Shown: positions 18,914-27,252 of the stretch, one piece after another | Layout of the letters: each line of letters starts with the position of its first letter | Position numbering within the stretch: position 1 is the first letter of the stretch | NCBI RefSeq assembly: GCF_000392435.1 | Contig: NC_021219.1 | Span: 870,001-902,000, forward strand | From: Candidatus Saccharimonas aalborgensis | GTDB taxonomy: Bacteria > Patescibacteriota > Saccharimonadia > Saccharimonadales > Saccharimonadaceae | Direction: 5' to 3' | Length of the DNA: 32,000 bases | Made by a program: the position numbers and the translations under genes | Notes under the pieces: model-generated | The model's input: only the letters and a program-made list of their open reading frames with translations | The model's database searches: none | Told to the model about the DNA's origin: nothing

Positions 18914-19031
18914 AGCCCCAAGACCCTCCTCCGACAGACAGTTGGCCCTGATGGGCCAAGGCCCGCCAAGAGCGAAGGCTGATTCAGTTAGCGGCGGGCC
19001 GGTTGTCTGGAGTGGGGAGGGTGTTGGGGCT
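18914..19031 (+). repeat. Multibranched inverted-repeat element, copy B (downstream of atpD)
   Basis: Outer stem AGCCCCAAGACCCTCC (18914-18929)/GGAGGGTGTTGGGGCT (19016-19031), one mismatch; inner stems as in copies A and C. Confidence 0.85.
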
Positions 19032-19046
19032 TCAGATGAAAGTTCT

Positions 19047-19075
19047 TTGACTTTATACAACAATAGTGATATAAT
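19047..19075 (+). promoter_or_regulatory. Promoter of cassette C6
   Basis: TTGACT-17 nt-TATAAT. Confidence 0.75.
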
Positions 19076-19139
19076 ATAAGAGACGGCCTGTTTAATCGAA
19101 CGAGCCGACCAACAAGCCTCATGTAAGGAGGTGGTTCGC

Positions 19140-19466
19140 GTGCTCAACCACTGGTTGGCGCGTGTGCTCCCAGGAGGGCGCGAGCCCGGAGATCCCTGGT
19201 GGGTCTTCCGGGACGCAGACGGTCAGGACAACGACTGGTGGCCCCAGTTGGTGTCGCTGGGGTGCTACCCCCTGGTCTTCTTCGTTCTCTTCGGGTGGTG
19301 GGGGGTGCTGCTCGGCCTGGTGGCCGCAGTCGGCACGCTCCTCTACTGGGGAGCACTTCTGAGCGTCGCGGTGCTGGTGATCTACGTCCTGCTGTCCCTG
19401 TTTCTGGGGTGGCTGTGGGCACTGGTCATCGTCGCACTGCTCGTTTGGTGGTTCATCTACCGCTAG
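19140..19466 (+). CDS. GC-rich Trp-rich multi-TM protein (108 aa), cassette C6, lying between atpD and atpC
   Basis: AAGGAGG then GTG at 19140; (M)LNHWLARVLPGGREPGDPWWVFRDADGQDNDWWPQLVSLGCYPLVFFVLFGWWGVLLGLVAAVGTLLYWGALLSVAVLVIYVLLSLFLGWLWALVIVALLVWWFIYR. Confidence 0.75.
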   Translation: MLNHWLARVLPGGREPGDPWWVFRDADGQDNDWWPQLVSLGCYPLVFFVLFGWWGVLLGLVAAVGTLLYWGALLSVAVLVIYVLLSLFLGWLWALVIVALLVWWFIYR

Positions 19467-19499
19467 ACGAGCAGTGTCGCTGTGTACGCTCACTAGGGT

Positions 19500-19584
19500 G
19501 AGAGTGGCAGCCGATCCCGGCTCCACTCTCGCCCGCGCAGTACAAGATTTCCTCTTAGCACTCTCGCATCGGGCGAGAGTTTTT
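19500..19584 (+). terminator. Double terminator of cassette C6
   Basis: GAGAGTGG-c-AGCCG-atcc-CGGCT-CCACTCTC (19500-19530), then ACTCTCGC-atcgg-GCGAGAGTTTTT (19560-19584). Confidence 0.75.
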
Positions 19585-19601
19585 GGTATGATAGAACTAG
19601 T

Positions 19602-20027
19602 ATGGATTTTGAACTAATTACCCTCGGTGGCAGTAAAGTCAACGAGCAAGTGTACGAGGTGATTTTGCCAACGGCAGACGGAGAGATCGCGGTATTCCCT
19701 CACCATGAACCGCTGGTCAGTGTTGCATCGCCAGGTGTGATCGCGGTGCGCCGCGACAAACAGCATAGCGATGACCGCATGGAGTTTTTTGCGGTCAGTG
19801 GCGGCATCATCGAGATCGGCAATAATCGTGTTCGCGTGTTGGTTGATGAAGCTGAGCACGGCGACGATATTGTCGAGGCAGAGACACAGGCCGCACTTGA
19901 CCGAGCGCTTAAGATGCGCGATAGTGCAACAGACCAAGTTGAACTCGAAAAAGCCCATCAGTTGGTTGATCGCCACGCTGTTCGCCTCAAGGTAGCTGAT
20001 CTCCATCGGCGCCGGCGAAAGTTATAG
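19602..20027 (+). CDS. atpC: F0F1 ATP synthase subunit epsilon
   Basis: LPTADGEIAVFPHHEPLVSVASPGVIAVRRD...FFAVSGGIIEIGNNRVRVLVDEAEHGDDI; own -10 TATGAT 9 nt before the ATG. Confidence 0.9.
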   Translation: MDFELITLGGSKVNEQVYEVILPTADGEIAVFPHHEPLVSVASPGVIAVRRDKQHSDDRMEFFAVSGGIIEIGNNRVRVLVDEAEHGDDIVEAETQAALDRALKMRDSATDQVELEKAHQLVDRHAVRLKVADLHRRRRKL

Positions 20028-20049
20028 GAAAGAAAGAACGGGTGGGACG

Positions 20050-20928
20050 ATGCCTCGGACAGTACATCTCGGGAGATTGAGTGAACGGACTTGGCCAGGG
20101 AGTGTGTCGGCTGACGATGTGTATGTCGATATTGCCACCATTGCGTCATCGCTTGATGAGTATTATGTACCAGTAAATCCAAAGGCAAAGACTCGCTGTA
20201 TCGATGGTCGGCACGATCCGGCGCTCGATGAAGGAATGCTTGGGCCGCAGGTGCCCGGCGGTGCGATCGGAGGAGCTCTTGCCTATCGGCTGGGAGTTGA
20301 TAAGGATGACCTGACACGAGGAACGTTTTATACAGATACCGAGACGATGATCGACTCGTATCTACGACTTGGTCTGGCACCAGGCGGGCACCGTGATAAT
20401 CGTGAGCATGAGCACGGTGTTGGCTGTGGTGCGATTGACGGCATGGATGCAATTCTCGACTGTCTCTTGGACTCGGGCTTGATCGAGGACAACAAACGCT
20501 TAGTCAGAGCGATTCTCGATACGCGCTTTGATCGGGATCGTTACTTGCGGGTGCTTGGTGCGGGCACGGTGCTCGAGAGCCACGCTGATCAATATTTTGC
20601 TGGGCGGGATGAGATATTTACGGTGCTGGAGAAGAAATCTCCCGGTAGTGTGTCAGTGCTCGAGGGGCACCACAATGAAAAATTACTTATCGTTAATTTT
20701 GTCCCAAGCACAACACTTGCATCAAATCGATTTGCGCGAGATCACGGCGGGTTGCAAGCATTCGGTTATGATATATGGCGAAGTAAACAGTTGGCGCGTA
20801 TGCTGTTGCCGCTTGACTCCCAAGATGAGGACCGTGATCGCTTCATTATGGCGCGAGTTATGGTTACGATTGCAACGCTAATGGCGCTTACTGATGGATC
20901 ACAGCAGGTGTTGTTTCGATTGCCTTAA
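20050..20928 (+). CDS. Conserved-looking hypothetical; possible Cys/His metal site (carbonic-anhydrase-like motif)
   Basis: TRCIDGRHDP...PGGAIGG...DNREHEHGVGCGAIDGMD: C-x-D-x-R plus H-x-x-x-x-C pattern; assignment tentative. Confidence 0.55.
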   Translation: MPRTVHLGRLSERTWPGSVSADDVYVDIATIASSLDEYYVPVNPKAKTRCIDGRHDPALDEGMLGPQVPGGAIGGALAYRLGVDKDDLTRGTFYTDTETMIDSYLRLGLAPGGHRDNREHEHGVGCGAIDGMDAILDCLLDSGLIEDNKRLVRAILDTRFDRDRYLRVLGAGTVLESHADQYFAGRDEIFTVLEKKSPGSVSVLEGHHNEKLLIVNFVPSTTLASNRFARDHGGLQAFGYDIWRSKQLARMLLPLDSQDEDRDRFIMARVMVTIATLMALTDGSQQVLFRLP

Positions 20929-20947
20929 CAAATGTCGAGCCCCGGAC

Positions 20948-21079
20948 GTTAACCCGACTCTCACCCCCTCCCCACTCCAGACAACCGGCCCGCCGCAAAC
21001 TGACTAGCCTTCGCCTTGGCGGGCCTTGGCCCATCAGGGCCAACTGTCTGTCGGAGGAGGGGGTGAGATTCAAGTTAAC
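20948..21079 (-). repeat. Multibranched inverted-repeat element, copy C (downstream of the dus gene)
   Basis: Outer stem TCTCACCCCCTCC (20959-20971)/GGAGGGGGTGAGA (21056-21068), flanked by GTTAAC at 20948-20953 and 21074-21079. Confidence 0.85.
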
Positions 21080-22094
21080 ATACTTGCCTATCGAGAATAC
21101 TTCTGACCTCTTCAGTTGTCGTGCAATTCATCAATTCTACCCGCAAGTCGCTCGCGCCGTCGAAGTCACGGATGTAGATTTTGAAAAAGCGCTTTAGCGT
21201 TTCGAAGGGTCGGCTAGTCTGTTGGTAGTAGCGGTCGTATTCATCGAGATGAAATCGCAGTAATTCGATAAGTTTATCATGTTGATCACCGCTCGCGTCG
21301 TCGCCTGCGCGCTGCTTGGCAGCTGGTTCTTGACGGTCGAATTCTTGCTTGCTTGGTTTGTCGGTACGGTCACTAAACGCATAGGGATTGGTAAAAATAC
21401 CTCGGCCGATCATGATACCGTCGATGCCATACGTATCATAAAATTCAATACCGTGAACACGATCACGCACATCGCCGTTGATCACAAGAAGTGTATCGGG
21501 TGCTAGTTCATCACGCAGTTTCTTTATCTCTGGGATTAGCTCGAAGTGCGCGGGAACCTTGCTCATCTCTTTTTTTGTGCGCAGGTGGACGGTCAGTACG
21601 GCGATGTCTTGTCTTAGTAAGCCCCCCAGCCATTCGCGCCACTCGTCGACATTACTATAGCCGAGGCGCGTTTTCACACTGACTGGTAGGCCTCCAGACT
21701 TTGCTGCCTTGATGATCGCCCAGGCTTTTTCTGGGGTGCGAATCATCCCGGCACCACCACCGGCTTTGACGGCGGACTGGTCGGGGCATCCCATATTGAT
21801 ATCAATCCCATCGTATCCGAGCTGACGGCAGTACCCACTCATAGCCGCCATGGCTTCGGGATCACTCCCCCATAGTTGAGCAACAATCGGCGATTCGTCG
21901 TCAGTCTTGATTAGTCGACCGCCGATGGCTTTGTCGCCTGCTCGGTACCACCCCATCGCGTTAGTAAACTCAGTAAAAAACACGTCTGGCTGACCCGCAC
22001 GCGTGATAACATGGCGAAATACGACATCTGTCACCGCCTCCATAGGAGCGAGGATGAAAAAAGGTCGAGGAAGGGTGTGCCAAAATGTCGACAT
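21075..22094 (-). CDS. tRNA-dihydrouridine synthase
   Basis: APMEAVTDVVFR, GIDINMGCPDQSAVKAGGGAGMIRTPEKA, VSVKTRLGY, HLRTKKEM, VINGDV, GIMIGRGIFTNPYAF: Dus family motifs. Confidence 0.92.
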   Translation of the reverse strand: MSTFWHTLPRPFFILAPMEAVTDVVFRHVITRAGQPDVFFTEFTNAMGWYRAGDKAIGGRLIKTDDESPIVAQLWGSDPEAMAAMSGYCRQLGYDGIDINMGCPDQSAVKAGGGAGMIRTPEKAWAIIKAAKSGGLPVSVKTRLGYSNVDEWREWLGGLLRQDIAVLTVHLRTKKEMSKVPAHFELIPEIKKLRDELAPDTLLVINGDVRDRVHGIEFYDTYGIDGIMIGRGIFTNPYAFSDRTDKPSKQEFDRQEPAAKQRAGDDASGDQHDKLIELLRFHLDEYDRYYQQTSRPFETLKRFFKIYIRDFDGASDLRVELMNCTTTEEVRSILDRQVC

Positions 22095-22122
22095 GATAGT
22101 TATTATAGCGAATAATGAAGAG

Positions 22123-22165
22123 CGGGTTCACCGCCAGGGACTTGTGTGTCCCGGCGGTGAACCCG
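22123..22165 (-). terminator. Long perfect hairpin downstream of the tRNA gene
   Basis: CGGGTTCACCGCC-a-GGGAC-ttgtgt-GTCCC-GGCGGTGAACCCG. Confidence 0.65.
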
Positions 22166-22188
22166 TAGTAGTACCCCCTAGGGGGTAC

Positions 22189-22284
22189 TGGAGCCCCATA
22201 CAGGAATCGAACCTGTGCGTGTGCCGGTGTTGCTGGCATTCCACGACTTGGCAAGCCGCAGCTCTACCACTGAGCTAATGAGGC
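22189..22284 (-). tRNA. tRNA-Gly(GCC) with expanded variable region
   Basis: Manual fold: GCCTCAT-TA-GCTC-AGTGGTA-GAGC-T-GCGGC-TTGCCAA-GTCGT-[26 nt]-ACAGG-TTCGATT-CCTGT-ATGGGGC-T-CCA; acceptor pairs fully (one G-U), T-arm perfect, CCA encoded. Confidence 0.85.
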
Positions 22285-22288
22285 CGGT

Positions 22289-22319
22289 CGGGCCGACAAC
22301 TTGTACAGCCGTCGGCCCG
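22289..22319 (-). other. Hairpin immediately 5' of the tRNA gene
   Basis: CGGGCCGAC (22289-22297)/GTCGGCCCG (22311-22319). Confidence 0.6.
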
Positions 22320-22376
22320 CTGTCCTACCCTATCATGCTGTTGAGACGATCGCAAGCATGAGCAAGTAGGAGGTGG

Positions 22377-22523
22377 TCAGATGTCAATCATGCCCTGACG
22401 AGTGGGCGGCTGCTTGCAACGGGAACAGATGACCCCGTTCTTGTCGCAGCCGCTACAGCCCTTACTGTCACACGGCTTGTGCGGCCAGTGCGGGTAGGCG
22501 TGCGGACACGGGACTCGTGGCAT
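22377..22523 (-). CDS. 48-aa cysteine-rich (zinc-ribbon-like) microprotein, cassette C7
   Basis: Manual translation: MPRVPCPHAYPHWPHKPCDSKGCSGCDKNGVICSRCKQPPTRQGMIDI; SD GGGAGGTGAACT; below the ORF-track length cutoff. Confidence 0.7.
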   Translation of the reverse strand: MPRVPCPHAYPHWPHKPCDSKGCSGCDKNGVICSRCKQPPTRQGMIDI

Positions 22524-22570
22524 AGTTCACCTCCCTATGGGTGTCGAGAGCCTTGAGTATGACCGATGTT

Positions 22571-22599
22571 ATTCTACTATTTTTTTGCGAAATTGTCAA
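22571..22599 (-). promoter_or_regulatory. Promoter of cassette C7
   Basis: Minus strand TTGACA-17 nt-TAGAAT. Confidence 0.7.
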
Positions 22600-25500
22600 T
22601 CAAATAGTGTTCAAATTCTATGATGCCCTTGAGGGTCGGCTCAAAACTACTAGTATCGGGAAGTTCAAGCGCTGTAATGCAGTGCCATACGGCCGCGATG
22701 AGATCGGAGAATTCGGCTAATTCTTCCTCGGTAAACGTCAAGCTTAGATCGTGAATAACACCTGATTGGTCGGGTTCGATGAATTGTAGCACGCCTTTTG
22801 TAAACGCGTACTTGCTATAGTCTCTCGATTTGCTCACCAAGAGTTCATAAAACATCAGCTGCTGCTTGTATTTATGCAGCTTGATCTTTTGATACTCGCT
22901 GTTCCCATTCCAGGTGCGGCTGGGTTTGCCTGTCTTGTAGTCGGTGACGACAATTGAGTTGTCGGCGATGTCGACAAGATCGAGTGAGCCTGTCAGGCGG
23001 GCGTCGCCGAGCTGGACATGTTGCGTGCTAAAGTTTAGTTCAGTTTTTTGAGTGGCGGTAAACGTACTGTATTTTGCATCGAGGAAACGCGTTAAACTAT
23101 CGACACCTTTTTTGCTATAGAGAGCAAATTCAGCTGCCGGCAAGCGTTGGTTTTGGAGTTCGGTCACGAAATCACCGAGGATATCTTCGACTGGCCGCCG
23201 GTCACCAGTTGCCGCGAGATGTGTATGCGCGCGCTGCAATACCGCATGAATAGCCGTACCATAGCAAGCAGCAGCCGATTTTGCCTGCGGAAAACGGAGC
23301 AAATTATGCAGCAAAAATGCTTGCGGCCCGCCGCGGGTGATATCGATGAAGGCGTTGAGATGGGTGCTCGAGAGCTTGTAGGCTTCGAGCTGCGGCGTGA
23401 GCAGCTGTTTCATTGTGATAGAAGGATGTTTGGTGATGGTATCATGCCAGGCAAGTTCAGCATGATCGGTGAGTTGCGCGAGTGTTGTTTGTGGTACTGA
23501 GACTGTCGGTGTAAGTGAACTGCCGACCAAGAAACGAGCGATCAGACTGTCTCTTTCCTGCTCGTCGTGACGGCTATAGCTGATGATCAAGGTACGGCAC
23601 GCCCGTGTCATGGCGACAAAAAACAGTCTCAGCCGCTCGTCGTAGGTGTTACCAGCGGGCGCAAGCGGTAGGTTTTCGGGGTAGCCGATGAGGCGGGTTC
23701 GTGATCGTACTCGTTCGCCCCAAATAGAATCGATTGCGCTCACAATAAACACGGTATCGAATTCGAGTCCTTTTGCCTTGTGAGCGCTGAGTAGCGTAAT
23801 AGCGTCCTGGGCGTGCTCACTCGGCCGTCGCAGGCTGACAAGGGGTGTTTTCATCTGTCGATGGAGCTCGATAAATGAAAGGAAATCCTGGAGCGTGAGG
23901 TCTTGGTCGGGACGATACTGGCGGAGCGCGTGGCGCAATGTGCGGAGTGCCTCCAGCATGGTGAGGTAGGCGTCGGGGTTGTCTTTTAGGCGCTCATCTG
24001 AGAAATAATAGGCAAAGAGAGGCGACGAATAGTCGTGTGATGAAGACTCTTCTTCGGTCGGTATGCCCGTTAGTATATCGATACTCGCTTCGAGTGTCGT
24101 ATGCGAAAGGTTAGCTGAGAGAGATATCAGCCACTGGGCAAGCGGTTGGTAGCGTTCTGAATTTTGCATTGCCTCAAGCCAGGTGATACGGTCGCGGTAA
24201 CAGGTCAATCCAAGACGCCAAATTGCCTCAGGATTTGGTTTGCACATCGGATGACCGAGCAGCTGCGGCATTAGGCTGTCAACTACATCGAACTCTGAGT
24301 CATGAAGCGAGACGGTAATACGGGCCAGTAGCTCGAGCGCCCTCACTGCTTCGATGTCGAGCACATTGTCTCGACGCTCGTAATTGACAGCGATATCCTC
24401 ATGATAGAGGTATGGCAGGAGCGAAACCAAGTCTTGATGTCGTCTGGCAAGTACTGCAATTGAAGCAGGCGTCGCTCCATTTTTGATACGTTCTTTGATG
24501 CTTTGCGCGATCCAGGCTCTCTCCTCGATCACCGAGGGAAGTTGTTGAAGTATGACCGTTGACTCAGATTTCTTTTGCGCTTCGAGCTGCTTGCTGATCT
24601 CCATCGTTGTTTCTAGCCGACCGGTACCCTGTACAATAACCTCTCGGGCATGTTGTAAGATGGCAGCGCCCGATCGGTAATTTTCGGTCAGTACGATGCT
24701 TTGATGACTGGGATATTGGTTACGAAAACGGTGAATATTGTTGACGTCCGCTCCCTGAAATGAGTAGATTGCTTGATCATCGTCGCCAACCGCCATGACA
24801 TTTGGGTTACCTTCGTTTGCAGACGTATCGGTGAGGTCAAACAAGATACGCAGTTGAGCAAGGTTGGTGTCTTGGAATTCGTCGACCATGATATAGTGAT
24901 ATTTTTCTTGTAGGTTGTACTTTAGGTCGGGCTGTGTCTCCATGCCGTGAACTACTCCCAAGATCATATCATCATAGTCATATAGCCCGGCTTGCTCCAT
25001 ACGCGAAAGGTAGACATAGTAGATGTGGGCAACCGAACGTAGTTTTGCGTGACGTTTGCGGTCCTTAAACACAAACTCACCCTCAGTATTCTTTTCGAGC
25101 CACTGGTTGCGCCATGCCGTGATAGGCGTGGTTTTATTGGTGGCGACAGCCTCATCAAAGGCATGAGCCATACTGAGTGCGAGTACATTTGCCAGCGGAG
25201 TGATACCAGATGGGAGTGTCGGTACCGCGAGTGCTGCAACTCGCTCGGCGAGGGGCACTAGCAGACTTAGCATAGTAGTGCTCGGTTTGTTGGAAAAAAT
25301 TTCAGTCAGATCGCGCTCAATGCTATCCAACACCTCTTCGTTAGCGTTGATAATAGCGAGGAGCTCATCACTGCTGAGTCCGGCGCGTTTAAGCTCACTA
25401 ATAGTACTCATTGTGTCTTTGAGGTGGGTATGCTCGCCATTGTTTTTGCTTGCGAGCGGGTTTGTATAATCAAGCTCATCAAAGATTTCACTCAGCACTT

Positions 25501-25867
25501 GGTGCATGGTTACCTCGTCAGCAGGACGAAATGCCGCACCATGATAAAAATACTGATTGTTTTGGTTGATCACTTCAGTCCCAAAGCTGTGGAAGGTATG
25601 GATAGCTACCCTATAGGCATCTGGACCAATAATTCCTGCTAATCGTTCACGCATGGCGGCTGCACCACTATCGGTAAAGGTGAGGCAGAGGATGTTTTCG
25701 GGCAATGTATCAGTTGAGCGGAGGATATTTGCGGCACGCATACCGAGGAGCTCGGTCTTTCCTGTGCCGGGTCCGGCTACCACGAGTAACGGGCCATCAA
25801 TGGCATCAACAGCCTGGCGTTGAGCGGCATTAAGTTGGCGATAGCGTGCGTCGAAGGCCGTTGTCAA
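22577..25867 (-). CDS. UvrD/PcrA-type superfamily 1 helicase with C-terminal RecB-like PD-(D/E)XK nuclease domain
   Basis: LNAAQRQAVDAIDGPLLVVAGPGTGKTELLGMR, VDEFQDTNLAQ, AVGDDDQAIYSFQGAD, LLSAHKAKGLEFDTVF; C-term GTAIHAVLQ...LTGSLDLVDIADNSIVVTDYKTGKP. Confidence 0.93.
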   Translation of the reverse strand: MTTAFDARYRQLNAAQRQAVDAIDGPLLVVAGPGTGKTELLGMRAANILRSTDTLPENILCLTFTDSGAAAMRERLAGIIGPDAYRVAIHTFHSFGTEVINQNNQYFYHGAAFRPADEVTMHQVLSEIFDELDYTNPLASKNNGEHTHLKDTMSTISELKRAGLSSDELLAIINANEEVLDSIERDLTEIFSNKPSTTMLSLLVPLAERVAALAVPTLPSGITPLANVLALSMAHAFDEAVATNKTTPITAWRNQWLEKNTEGEFVFKDRKRHAKLRSVAHIYYVYLSRMEQAGLYDYDDMILGVVHGMETQPDLKYNLQEKYHYIMVDEFQDTNLAQLRILFDLTDTSANEGNPNVMAVGDDDQAIYSFQGADVNNIHRFRNQYPSHQSIVLTENYRSGAAILQHAREVIVQGTGRLETTMEISKQLEAQKKSESTVILQQLPSVIEERAWIAQSIKERIKNGATPASIAVLARRHQDLVSLLPYLYHEDIAVNYERRDNVLDIEAVRALELLARITVSLHDSEFDVVDSLMPQLLGHPMCKPNPEAIWRLGLTCYRDRITWLEAMQNSERYQPLAQWLISLSANLSHTTLEASIDILTGIPTEEESSSHDYSSPLFAYYFSDERLKDNPDAYLTMLEALRTLRHALRQYRPDQDLTLQDFLSFIELHRQMKTPLVSLRRPSEHAQDAITLLSAHKAKGLEFDTVFIVSAIDSIWGERVRSRTRLIGYPENLPLAPAGNTYDERLRLFFVAMTRACRTLIISYSRHDEQERDSLIARFLVGSSLTPTVSVPQTTLAQLTDHAELAWHDTITKHPSITMKQLLTPQLEAYKLSSTHLNAFIDITRGGPQAFLLHNLLRFPQAKSAAACYGTAIHAVLQRAHTHLAATGDRRPVEDILGDFVTELQNQRLPAAEFALYSKKGVDSLTRFLDAKYSTFTATQKTELNFSTQHVQLGDARLTGSLDLVDIADNSIVVTDYKTGKPSRTWNGNSEYQKIKLHKYKQQLMFYELLVSKSRDYSKYAFTKGVLQFIEPDQSGVIHDLSLTFTEEELAEFSDLIAAVWHCITALELPDTSSFEPTLKGIIEFEHYLIDNFAKK

Positions 25868-27252
25868 AGTTGCAGTTCCTTGTAGGCTTTTTGGAGGATG
25901 GTGAGCACTGTTTGATAGTCGATCGTTTGGTCTGAACCAGTTTTGTAAAGGTAGATTATTGTATCGACCACCTCGATTGATACATGTTCGTCAGTATCAT
26001 AGAGATACGCCATAAAGCCAGGATTAAGTAACTCAAACGTGGCTAATCGATCAGCATCAGTTGCATATACATCATAGCGCTTATTGAAGTCGGGCCACTC
26101 AAACTCGTATTTGGTGTAGCCATCAGGAGCACTATTACCAAACAGTTTTTTTGGTTGAATGAGAATACCGCCGTATGATTTTGGAACGGCAAGCTGTGAG
26201 ATGACAATAGGCTTGCTGGACGAACCGTACGCCTTATATGTATAAAACTGTACAAGGTAACTACCCCACTTACCTACGACGTAGTTATTTATATCTGACA
26301 CGCCAAACTTACCTTTACCAAATAGTTTGCCGCGGCTTGGCAAGAATAGCCAACCCATATCAAGATAATAAAACAGTTTATTGTCTGTTGCGAACTTAAC
26401 CATATCGGCACGCTGTGTGCCAATATCAGCCGTGCTTTGGTCGATGCCGTCAACGAGCCAACCAGTATCATTTTTAATGAGTCGCCAGTATTCTGTAAAC
26501 GTCGATGAGTCTTTGTACAGTGTCGACCCAGTGGGAGTGTCAATCAACGTATCTTTAGCCGAGGCTCGAAACAATACTGTACAGACAGTTCCTTCAGCAT
26601 TACTATCGATAACACGCGATGCACGGATGCGGACATTGTCCATTTGATTCACGCGCTGCAAAACAGCGAGAGCTTCGAGTAGCAGGGCGGATTTATCTCC
26701 AAAGGACGGTGTTGTAAGCAAACGGATAGCTGCACTATCGCCTCTACTCCACGCAGACTGATAATCTTGGAATAGTGTTTTAGCCGATGAGAGTACGGTA
26801 GTTGCCTGCTGTGGTCCAACCATCTTTAGTGAACGCCGAGGAATGGGTAACCTAGCCGCTATTTTTGCACCATGAATAATACCTGCCACGGTGCCTATTA
26901 TTACGCTGCTGCCGTACAAGAGTCCTATTGGCCAATAGAGTATCGCACACAAGGTGCTTGCTATACCCGCACCCAAGACTTCAATTTTTATAAGTGTGCG
27001 AGGCTGCACAGACGGGAACCTCTTTTTTAGGTCCCGTAGAAGAATTGCCCCTATTAACGTCGTAAGGACACCTAAAAGAACTGTTGTGGCGAGCATTGAT
27101 ACGAACGGATCAAGAGGATCGCCGCTGCCCGAAGATCCGCTACTATGGCCTCCGCCACCTCCACCGCCACCTCCACCTCCGCCGCCACCGCCGGACCCAC
27201 CACCGCCACCGCGGCCAAAATCTCTGAGGAGTGATTCGAGGAGAGATATCAT
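25864..27252 (-). CDS. Membrane protein with poly-glycine N-terminal linker, possible Tim44-like domain (paralog 1)
   Basis: FGRGGGGGSGGGGGGGGGGGGGGGHSSG, TM segments, TFTEYWRLIKNDTGWLVDGIDQSTAD; ATGA overlap with the helicase gene. Confidence 0.75.
   Translation of the reverse strand: MISLLESLLRDFGRGGGGGSGGGGGGGGGGGGGGGHSSGSSGSGDPLDPFVSMLATTVLLGVLTTLIGAILLRDLKKRFPSVQPRTLIKIEVLGAGIASTLCAILYWPIGLLYGSSVIIGTVAGIIHGAKIAARLPIPRRSLKMVGPQQATTVLSSAKTLFQDYQSAWSRGDSAAIRLLTTPSFGDKSALLLEALAVLQRVNQMDNVRIRASRVIDSNAEGTVCTVLFRASAKDTLIDTPTGSTLYKDSSTFTEYWRLIKNDTGWLVDGIDQSTADIGTQRADMVKFATDNKLFYYLDMGWLFLPSRGKLFGKGKFGVSDINNYVVGKWGSYLVQFYTYKAYGSSSKPIVISQLAVPKSYGGILIQPKKLFGNSAPDGYTKYEFEWPDFNKRYDVYATDADRLATFELLNPGFMAYLYDTDEHVSIEVVDTIIYLYKTGSDQTIDYQTVLTILQKAYKELQL

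Noticed and set aside
19119-19526. 135-aa minus-strand ORF and other frames over cassette C6
   Set aside because: Opposite to a clear promoter/SD/multi-TM gene/terminator unit on the plus strand.
22189-22284. Reading the tRNA as Ser/Leu/Tyr because of the long variable region
   Set aside because: The anticodon loop TTGCCAA is flanked by a 5-bp stem and gives GCC; a D-arm of the class I type fits. Isotype call stays Gly pending a covariance-model score.
27145-27225. GGC/CCG-rich low-complexity run as a regulatory or repeat element
   Set aside because: In frame with a poly-glycine linker of the 25864..27252 protein.
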